From the NCBI RefSeq assembly GCF_018350175.1, contig NC_058384.1, positions 67,952,001 through 68,016,000 on the forward strand: 64,000 nucleotides of DNA. The letters run 5' to 3'. Below the pieces are notes generated by a model, which was not told where the DNA came from, made no database searches, and saw only the letters and a list, made by a program, of their open reading frames with translations. Positions 1-9,903 of this stretch are shown one piece after another. The translations under genes and the position numbers were made by a program. The stretch is from Felis catus (Eukaryota). Position 1 is the first letter of the stretch; every line of letters starts with the position of its first letter.

Positions 1-122
1 GGCCCCAGGTCCGCCCAGCACCCCTGCTCTGAGCCACGGTGCTGCACCCTGGGTCCTTCCCGTCTGCTACGCCCAGCACAGGAAACAAAGGAATGGAAGG
101 CAGAGATGTGCCGGCATCACAG

Positions 123-128
123 TTTATT
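123..128 (-). terminator. TRIM46: TRIM46 polyadenylation signal AATAAA (3' UTR ~105-833)
   Basis: TTTATT on + strand ~700 nt past the stop codon. Confidence 0.75.
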
Positions 129-833
129 GTTTATAAACCATGAAAGTAACAGCTGTTGTTCGGCACGGGCCGGGCAGTGCCCACTGCAGGGGGGCAGCAG
201 CGGACCCCAGAGGCCTTGCCTAGCCCAACCCACGGGGGACACCCAACCTCAGCTGGGGCCCCACGGGAGACTTGGCACGTTGGCGTGGGTGTGGGACAGG
301 GTAAAGCATGCAAGAGGGAGACAGGGGATACAGGCATGCGGCCGAGGGGCGTGGGGACCCCAACGACTAAAGCAGGATGACGGGGCCCCCTTCCCCTCAC
401 CAGGGAGCGCCTGGGCAGTGTCTGGCCAAAAAAGCCTGCCCGCCCCAAGGCTGTAGTTGAGGACTGACGGGGCAGGGAGCTGGGCAGGGCAGAGTGCAGA
501 GGGCAGACTGGGGATCATGCCCAGAGTTCCAGATGCCTTCCCTCCCCGGGAGCCGGGGGAGAGGCACGGGACAGGGATGGGGAAGGGGGCCCCTCCGTGA
601 CTCGGGTAAGATGCCAAGGGCAGGGTGTGGGGCAGAGACTCGGCGGGGGCTGGAGGGAATGAGGGATATCTAGAAAGGTGAGCAGAGGAGAGTCCCCTGG
701 TGGAGGGAAGGCCCCAGGAATACACAGACATCGGGTAAGGGGCCAGGGGGCACGGCAGGAGGAGCGTGAGGGGGAAGCTGCCGGAGGCATAACCCGGCTC
801 CAGCAGGCCTGGGGGGGGGGGGCAGGGCCCGGG

Positions 834-3800
834 TCAGTCCAGCTTGGCGAAGCCCCCGATGGTGACCTTCCTCTCAGGCTTGGTGCCCACGGGCTCCTGC
901 AGTTGGACGGCACCGCCCCCGATGAAGCAGAAGGCAGGGCACACGGGCCCCGAGCAGTCCAGGGGGCACTCCAGGAGCCCGCGGAAGGACACGGCGTCCA
1001 GAAAAGAAACTCGGCCCCGCTCGTAGTCCAGGCAGATGCCCAGGCGGGGCGGCAGGGGCACGGTGCAGCTGGCCGCGGGGCCGTCCCGCCCCGTCAGCCC
1101 CGCGTTGGAGCTGGCCCCCGACCCCAGCAGGATCTTGCCCATGCCGATGGTCAGGAAGGCGAAAGGTGGCGAAGCCTCCACGGTGGCGTCCTCGGCACCG
1201 CTGTCGTGTCCGCTGTCCGGGTCGTACCTGCGGGAGCCGGTGGGTGGGAAGGTGTTGGGAGCGGAGGGGGGAAGTGGGGCACCGGGGGGGGGGGGAAGGC
1301 AAGGGCTGGCTGAGACACAAGGGGTGGGGTGGGGCCGAGGGCTGAGACGGTGACAGGACGGGATGTCGGGGAGCGAGAGGATCGACTTGGGACGCGTCGC
1401 AGACACAGGGGTTAGAATATGGGGCGGGGGGGGGGGGGGGAGTCTGAGTCCACGAGGAAAGCGGTATCGAAGGGCAAGGACGTTGGCACGAGAGGCAGGG
1501 GAGAAGGAGGTGAGGATCAGGCACCATGAGGAGGCAGGAGACAGGAAGGAGTGAGGAGAGCAACGGGGGAGGGGCATCACGCCGGCAAGGAGCTCCAGGA
1601 GGGTTTGAGGGGGTTGAGGCGGCCTAGTGACCGAGGGGCTGGGGAGAGAAAGGCTGTCGGGAAGGCAGGTGTTGGGAGAGAGCTGGGGTGGAGGGGTGTG
1701 GGATGGGGGTGCATTTCAGAGAAATGGAGTGTTTAGGGACAGTGCGGGGAGAAAGGGTTCGGGGAGGCACACGCGTGGGGGACGTTAAGCAGGGCGCTGG
1801 CAATGGGGGGGTGGAGATGGCAACGTCAAGGGAAGGATTTTAGGATGTTGAAGACAGACGCGGTGAAGGAGGTCCTGGGAAGAGTGGGTTTTGTGGAGAC
1901 AGCACGTTGGAAACGGCGTTGGGAGATGCAGAGGCCGGACAGGTGGCCTGGTGGGCCTGAGGGACAGGTGGAAGCAGGTGGACGGCCCCTCTCCCCACAT
2001 CCCTTTCCAAGCGACACACTCCTCCGAAAAGCAAGCCTCTAAGCCCCTTGGGCGGAGCCCACGCCGGGCTCGGCCCCGCGTCCCTGTTCCCGATCTCCCG
2101 CTGCCACCCCGTCCTGGGCCCAGCTCCCCCACCCAGGGCCCCCACACCCCGCCCCTCCCCGAGAGGCCTGACCTGGGGCTGACCACGTCGGGGGCTCCCT
2201 GGAAGCTCTCCTGAAGCTTGCTCTCCAGCCCGACGCCCACCTTGACCAGGTAGGAGGCTGGGTCCACGGCACAGGCCCAGTAGCTGCGGCCCTGGGTCAC
2301 GGCCACGTCTCCCAGGACCACGTCCACGCTCAGGTGGCAGCCGGTGAGCAGCCGCTCAGCGGCCAGCAGCAGGGGCAGCCCCGGAACACTCCGCACCGCT
2401 CGCTGGTCCTTGCTGATGGCCAGACGCTCTCGGCTCGTGCCCCAGCGGCCGTCGAGGAAGAAGTGCAGGACTGCAGCGGGGGAGGGAGACAAAGAAAGGG
2501 CTTCAGGGACAAACACAGGCCTTGGAGGACACTGGGGGGTTTCAGGACATGGAACAAGCTGCTGAGGGCTGGGCGGGGGCTCTGGGGACCAGGGCCTGGA
2601 GGACCACCATCGGGGGCATGAGGGGAAAAAAGGGGGCATCCCAAATGGGCTTGGGACCCCAAGAAGAGTTTTAGGAGTGACTAGTGGGTCCAGAAACCGG
2701 TCTCCCAGTTGGCCTGCAGCGCCTCCTCCTGGCCCTCTCCTGTGGCCGCGCCCCGCCCCCCCCCCCCCCCCCGAGCCCCCACTGCCGCTCCGTCCCAGCT
2801 GTGACACCCCCCTCCCCACCAACCCACGCCTTCCAGCCCACACTCTGGTGCTCACACCCGGCCCTTACACCCCACTTGGGTGGTGACGCTCCTGGATTCC
2901 GCCCGCGCCCCAGGGGCCAGACCATTTTCTGGAGAGTCACTGCCCTCACACTTACTACTGGGAACGGACCTCAGTCCCTTCTCACAGCAACAATACTGCT
3001 ATTGTCCCTACGGAAGAGGGACCCGAAGTTCAGAGAGGACAAATAGCTTGCCCAAAGCCACAGCTGGCAAGAGGCAGAGCGGGCGTCTGAACCCAGGTGG
3101 TCCAGCCCCAGAGCTGGCGCGCGGCCCGCTGTGCTGTCTCGCCGGCCGTCGGTGGCCTCAGTGGGTCCCCGCGTACCCTACGCGCCTCGAAGGCCGCACT
3201 GTGCCCAGCCGGGCGCCGCTCACCGGGTGCGGGGGGCGTGTGCAGGTGCACGTCTTCGCTGTACTCGCCATAGCCGGCCTTGTTGCAGCCCCGCACGCGC
3301 AGCACGTACACGGAGCCCGTGTCGGGGTTCTCGAGCAGGGCGCTGGTGCCCCTCACCTCCTCCCGCCGCTGCCAGCGGGTGGGGCCCGGCTGGGCGGGCA
3401 CATCGGTGCGCCGGAACTCGATGGTGTAGTGCCAGGCGGGTGGCGAGTGGGGGGGCAGTCGCCAGCACAGGAATATCTGGTCGTAGGCGAAGGTGCGCTG
3501 GGTGTCGATGACGGGAGCCTCGGGCACTGTGGGAAGAGACAGAGGGGGTCAGTGGGGGCCTGGTCAGCGGCCTGGCGTGGAGGGCGGGCAAGGGAAGGGG
3601 AAGCAGCGGGGGCCGGGGGGGTGAGTGTGGGTGAGCGGGAGCTGCGGAGAAGGCCGTCTGGGGGCCGGGGGCCGGGCAGGGGGCGGGCAGGGCACAGCCC
3701 AGGGGAGAGACGGGTGTGGACGGGGCAGGGGGCAGGGGGCCTCGTGCCCGTCCTGGCCTGCCGTTCTCTCACTCTGGCCTTAGGTCAGTTGCTTCCCTTT

Positions 3801-6800
3801 TCTGGGCCTCAGTTTCCTCCTCTGTCAAAAAAGGTATTAGACCAGATGGGGACCCTTCTTTCTATGACCTTGTTTATTCTACGGATAAAGAAAGGCCCAG
3901 GGGAAAGGCAGACAAGGGCCACTGGAACCCAGGCTAAAGGGCATGGACAGGAGGAGGGGGCAGGGCAGGAGGGAGACAGACGCGAGGGCCAGCAAGCCAG
4001 AGAGCAGGGGCCGGGAGGGGGCGAGTGAGAGCCGGACAGCAGCAGGAGACCAGGGTCAAGGGGAAGAGGAGGCAAGTAGAGAGGGCGAGGGTCCGGAGGA
4101 CAAAAGGTCAGAGGGCAGGGATTAGGCAGGAGCCCAAGGCAGGCAGAGAGAGAGAGACAGAGGGCGCTGGAGGGGGAGGACCGAGAAGGAAGCAGGGGTG
4201 GGTGGCCGAGCTGTGTGGNNNNNNNNNNNNNNNNNNNNNNNNNNNNNNNNNNNNNNNNNNNNNNNNNNNNNNNNNNNNNNNNNNNNNNNNNNNNNNNNNN
4301 NNNNNNNNNNNNNNNNNNNNNNNNNNNNNNNNNNNNNNNNNNNNNNNNNNNNNNNNNNNNNNNNNNNNNNNNNNNNNNNNGGCCGGGCTGGGCGGGAGGC
4401 CGGGACGTCCCGGTGGGCGCTGCCCCCCGGGCCCGCTGCTGGGGGGGGGGGGGAGACGGGGGAGGGCTCTAATGGGGCACGGGGCCTGGCCACCTCCTTA
4501 CCTCGCAGGAAGTTAAGCTCTGTCAGCAGCTTCATCTCACGCCCCACGTCCAGCTGACAGTGTCGGAAGGAGGAGCTGGCGGCCGGCCGGAAGGTCTGCA
4601 GGGCCTCCGTGGCCCGGGCAATCCTGCGACGGGGGCGCGCAAGGGTCAGGCACGGCCCTCCGGGCCGCCGCCCTTCCCCTCCGCCCGGCCCTGCCTGTCC
4701 CTAGAGCCTCGGCCCCTGCGGTGGGTCTCCTCCTGTCCCCGCAGGCGAGCTGGGTACCAGTTGGGCCCGGTGTTAAAGCCTGGGGACCTGTCTGTCCACC
4801 GGGCAGCACCTCGCACGCTGTCCCCGACACTGGCCGCACCCCTGCGTCTGTCCAGGGGGCTGCACCTCGCGTGCCGTCCTCGACACTGGCCGCACCCCTG
4901 CGCCCCCGCGCCCTGGGCCGCGCCCCCGGGTACCTGTTGTGCAGCTGCTTGGCTGCTTGCACAAAGCAGGGCTGGTCTGTTTCCTTAAGAACCTCCTGGG
5001 CATAGCCCACCAGGCCTGAGCCATCCAGTAGGCTCCGGTGCTCCTGGATCTGGGCGCCGAGACGGGCCAGGCGCTCCTGCTGGCACTCCTCAATGGCCTG
5101 GAGCAGCGATGCCCGCTTCTCCTCCAGCACAGCCCCCAGCCCCCGCACCAGCTGGGACACCTCCTCCTTGGCCTGCTGGCCACTCACCTGCCCAGAGAGC
5201 AACACTCACTATCTTCCTCTCGAAGGCGGCACGTGTGCCTGCCTCCTGGGGCGCCACACCGGGGCCGGGACCACGGCAGATCTGGGGAAACCCTACCCGC
5301 CCGTTCCAACAGAGCCAGGCTCGCGTCTCCAAAGACCCCCCGGACACCCACATGGGTTTAACTTCTGAAGCTTTGTGCTGACCTTCCTGGATGCCCACAC
5401 CACAGCCCTGAGCCCTTAAGGAGTCCCCCAAACAAGAGAGGCCACGACTGCACTAATGTCCACCGGCCTCCGCCCCTTCCTTATTGTCTATCCCCACGTC
5501 GGCCGATTCGAGCCATCTGCCGGAAAGTGTCAGAGGTGTGTGCCATCCTCCGCGGCGGCCGAGCCTGAGGGCATCTGAGCTATGTCTCCGGGGCTTTCCA
5601 AGCTCTCCCTGTCCTGGGTGACCGCCGCCCTGTCCCCACTGTAGCCCCAGGTACAGCCTCGTCTGGGGCACCCGTGTCCCAGCCAACCTGGCTTAACCAG
5701 AACCCCAACACATCCCTGGACCCCACATGGGCCTCCTGAGCTGGCAACCAGGTGATCGGGCCATGCCCACGCACACCCCCCCTGCCGGCTCCCACTCCCC
5801 GGCAGGGCCCAGGGCCCACCTCCATGCCCTCCCTCACCTCAGTGTGCCTCACGGTCTCCTCCAGCTCACAGATCTGGGTCTGTACCGTGTCCTGGTTTCC
5901 CAGGATGTATGTCAGGCTCTTTGTCAGCTTGTCCTGAGGGGGAAGAAAGAGGTGGGCATCATGCCTAGCTCGGCAGAGGCCAGCATGTAGGAGGAGGTGC
6001 CAGAGGGCGTGAGTGTGGGCTGAGCGAGGCAGAGTCCTCACCTTGAGGGCCTGGTAGGCGCTGAGCACCGGTGTGATCTTGTGCCCACCGTGGGTGCGCC
6101 TCACCCGGCAGAGCTGGCACACCAGCCGCTGGCACGTCTTGCAGTAATGGGTCACCTCTTCCTTGTGGTCTGGGCACATCAGGCCCTAGGGACAGAAAGA
6201 GCAGTGACGGAGTCAGCCGACGGGGGGCTTGAGGGGGCTGACCGACCACCCAAGCGCTTGGCCCTGCCTCTCCACGGCCCTGTGGGGGAGCCCGGCTGGG
6301 GTGCTCCACAGTGCCACCTGGTGGTGCACACTGGCACCAAAGGGAGCCTGGCCTGCACCAGGTTTTCGTCTAGCTCCGCCCTCCCCTCTACCTCCGGATG
6401 CGTGCTAATAGCAATAATAACGATAATTAATCTTCGCCTTGCGGCTAATAATTAACCTTGCCCATCTTGTTCACTGCCCTATCCCCGGCGTCTAGAATAG
6501 CACCAGGAACCAGGCTTGATAAATATTTACTCAGCGAACGCGTGAACGCAGACAGATCTTTTCAGCCTACAGGTAACTTTCACAAACACTATCTCATGTG
6601 ATCCCTTCCACAGCCCTCAGGGCATGGGGATGGCAGGGCAGATGTTATCCTTCTCATTCAGCAGACAGGATGGAGGCTGGACGATGTTTAAAGACTCGTC
6701 CGGTGCCTTTTTGCTGTTGTTGTTACAGAAAGAGGAGCCCGGCAGAGGCGAACCTCCACCCACCTCCTTTCGCGAGCCCACAGACCTGGGCTCGCCCCCC

Positions 6801-9151
6801 ACCGTGCGGCACCACCGCGCCCCTCCCTCCGCAGGCTCTTCCAGGGCTGGCTCACCTTGGGGCGGAAGGAGAGGGTGGGCAGCGTGGGCTCGTGCTGGGC
6901 CTTCTGGGTGCCCCAGGGGTGGAAGAGCTTGAAGCACTCGTTGCAAAAGGTGGCTCGGCACTCGGTGCAGCCCTTGGTGGCCTCTAGTGGCGGGGGCTTG
7001 CACAGCTGGCACAGGATGGCGCCGCCCACACTCACGCTCTGGCGGTACCGCTCTACCACGCGCTCGAGGGTCAGGTTCCGGAACAGCCCTGCCAGGCCCC
7101 GCTCCCCCAGATCCACATCGCCCTGGCAGGCTGGGCACGGGAACATGATCACCTGGGGGTGCAGGGCGCCTCGCTTCCGCCCGGGGTACGTCCCAAAGCC
7201 TGTGGAAGTGCAGGGAGGTAGGGAGGTGAGCATTTCGGCCGGCCGAGGGGCAGAGAGTCTGCTCCGTGGAAAAAAAAAAAAAAAGACTTTTTATCGTGCC
7301 AGAGCTCAGCTCGCATTACAGCCTGTATGAACGGTCTCCTCACCCCCCGCAAGACAGACAGATGCCCCTGACCAGCGACGGAGGTTTCCATCTTCCCCGT
7401 GGACACCCCAGCGTCCCCACCCCCGGTCCCCGGGACCCAGCCCCACCTGACTTAAGCAGCCGATCCAAGCGGTCCGGCTTGGGGAGAGTTCTGCGCCCGA
7501 GGCGGGGACTCCGGGTGGAAGGGGTGGAGGCAGGAGAGGTGGGCTCGGAGCTGGGGTCCCCACCGTGGCCTATGTAGCCCTGCTGGCCCAGCACCTCCCG
7601 GGCACAGGCCTGGCACACGTTGTGGGTACAGGGCAGCACCAGTGGCTGCTTGTACATCTCTTGACACACCGGACACAGCAGCTCTCTCTCCATGTTCTTC
7701 ATGCTTGTCTGTGGAGACAGCAGGAGGCCGGCTCAGAGCACGACACCGGGCACATCTCGACAGGCCTCTCAGCTGCCCTCAGAAACCCACGGGGTCTCGA
7801 GCAGGGGCAAGAAGACGAGCTGCCTAAGGCTTTTCCCCAGCACCGGCCTGGGCCTGGTTCATACACCTTCCCGGCTCTGTCGCCTGCCTCTCCTGCTCTG
7901 GCACAGAGCTAAAGCCCACGGAGGGGGGGGGGCGGGTTGGAGCGCCAGCCTCCCCCAGCCTCTAGCCCCGCCCCTCTCGCTCCCCCTGCGGGGGAGCTGG
8001 GCCCGCAGCCCCTCTCCCCTGGCCATTGCCCGCCTCCCCCCACCTCTGGGCCGCCAGCTGCTCTCAAGGACACCGCCCATTCTGCAGCTCGGTGCGGACC
8101 CCCGCCCCCTTCGGGGGCACCCCCCCCTCCGCCCCGGCGTGACTCCTCCCTATAGCCAGGCGCCGCTCGCTCTCCATCCTCCCGCTCACCGCGTCCATCA
8201 TCTTGCCGCGGCTCGGCCCGCGGCCGCCCCAGGCTCCATTCCCCAGCCTTCATTTCCCCACCCGGCTCCTCGGGTCGGCGAGACGAGCCCATTCCCTTCG
8301 CCCCCGACCGTCCGGCCCTCCCGCCCCCTCCCTCCCCCTCCCCCTGACTAGCCGCAACCCCCTCCCCAGGCGACAAGGAGCCCAGCTCCCGCCTACTTGC
8401 CCCCTCCCCACCGGAAGTACCCCTCCCTTTTTTGGTGGAGGGGGTCCTCAAGCTATGCCCCACCCCCCCGCCTCACCTTGGTCCCTCTCTTCGCAGCCAT
8501 CCCGGTCAGGGGCGCAGCTGACACAAAGGAGGGAGGGACAGGCAGGGAGGGGGAAGGAAGTGGTGGGGGGGGCAGGGTTGGCACCGCCCCTGGGAGAGCC
8601 GGGCACGGGTTGCCATGACAACCGCGGGCTCCGAGGCAGCCCTGAGTGGGGGCGCGGTGGGGTGGGGTCTCGCCGAAGGGTCCAAATTTGGAACTGCACC
8701 GTGGGGCGGCTCCTTCATCGCCCCTCACCTAGCCTCAGTTTTCTTGGAAAACATCCGAGCTCACACACGCCCCCTCCTCGTAGCGTACAGAGCCCCAGCC
8801 CTGGTGCACTGCCGGCGGGCACCCCAGCCCAGCCGCTGCATCCGGGCGGCTCCTGGTTCCTCATACCCCACCAGATGGACGCCACCTCACTCACCTCTGG
8901 GCTGCCTCCGGGCTTACCCTCTCCAACCTGCACCCCGAACCTCCCGGTCCCCTCTGACCTCCCCAGGCCCCTGCCTGCATCCCGGCATCTTGCCTCATCT
9001 CCACCTGTACAAGGTCCCGGCCGGCCCCGGACCCCTGCGCTCCCCCCCCCCCTCTCCGTCCTCTCCCCTCGACCCCACCGTAACTCACACTGATGCGGAC
9101 CAGCGCGTCCATGATGGAAGTGAAGGTCTGCATGTCCTCACCCTCAGCCAT
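834..9151 (-). CDS. TRIM46: Tripartite motif-containing protein 46 (RING, B-boxes, coiled-coil, COS, FN3, B30.2/SPRY), 759 aa
   Basis: Coding exons (minus): 9151-9089, 7708-7447, 7199-6856, 6185-6042, 5933-5838, 5187-4934, 4623-4502, 3526-3224, 2470-2173, 1227-834. All introns are GT-AG and phases are consistent. Total 2280 nt = 759 aa + TGA. Translation [43 protein letters not shown]...[10 protein letters not shown] matches recalled mammalian TRIM46. Confidence 0.97.
4219..4380. other. Assembly gap (N) in TRIM46 intron 7
   Basis: Run of n. Confidence 1.
8477..8500 (-). CDS. TRIM46: Candidate alternative first coding exon of TRIM46 (MAAKRGTK)
   Basis: Strong-Kozak ATG (gggATGg), 8 codons, then AAG|gtgagg donor in phase 0, compatible with exon 2. 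Confidence 0.55.
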
Positions 9152-9903
9152 GGCCTTACCATGCCCGCCCGCCCCCGGGTGCCCGATCCCGGCTGCGGCT
9201 GCGAACCCCGGGCTTAATGCGGGAGCCCGGTGGGGGTGTGGGGAGGGGTGGGGGTGAGATGTCACTGCGCATGCTCCAGAGACAGCCTCGAACAGCGCCC
9301 GTCGAGGTAGGAGGTGGGAAATAGTTCTCCCCACGTGGTCCTCGGAAGACGGGGTGGGGGGTGGGTAACATGGAATGGCATTGGAGGGGGAGCCATTTCT
9401 TATGTTGCCATTCTTCGTTGGCTCCGTAGTCTTACTTATATAAAGCGGGAGGAGAGTTTCAGAGAAAGACGGGCTCCAGAACGGGAGGACCAGATTTTGG
9501 TTTGGGCAAGAGTCCACGGGAGATGTCCAGCCAGCGATCATGGCGTAGGGAGGTGTGAGGAACGGGCACTGGAGACGACATAAATGGCAAAGAAGACACA
9601 CGTGGGCTAGAGGCTAGGGGCCACGGGCCCAGCAGCTTGCGCCGAGAGGCAGCAGACGCTCGGGGTGCGGGGAAGGGCCGGGACCAGGGCGGTGGCCACG
9701 GCCCCTCCTGGACGCAATATTTCCTCCCAGCCGGCAGGGGGCGCTGCGGCCAGGCGCCTAGAGGGAGCGCGGGGAAGACGTTGGGGGGGGGGAAGCGAGC
9801 CCGCGGGCCGGGCTGACGCATGCGCACGGCCGGCCGCCCCGGTTCGGCTCCATCCGCTCTCGGCTCGGCCCGAGGCGTCCACTGGGCCGGAGGGCAGGAC
9901 GTG
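9152..9903. promoter_or_regulatory. Bidirectional CpG-island promoter TRIM46(-)/KRTCAP2(+)
   Basis: Start codons are ~750 bp apart and divergent. The region is CpG-rich with NRF1-like motifs TGCGCATGCT (9266-9275) and CGCATGCGCA (9817-9826). Confidence 0.8.

Noticed and set aside
1-105. MUC1 (expected tail-to-tail with TRIM46 by synteny)
   Set aside because: No MUC1 exon is recognisable within the window.
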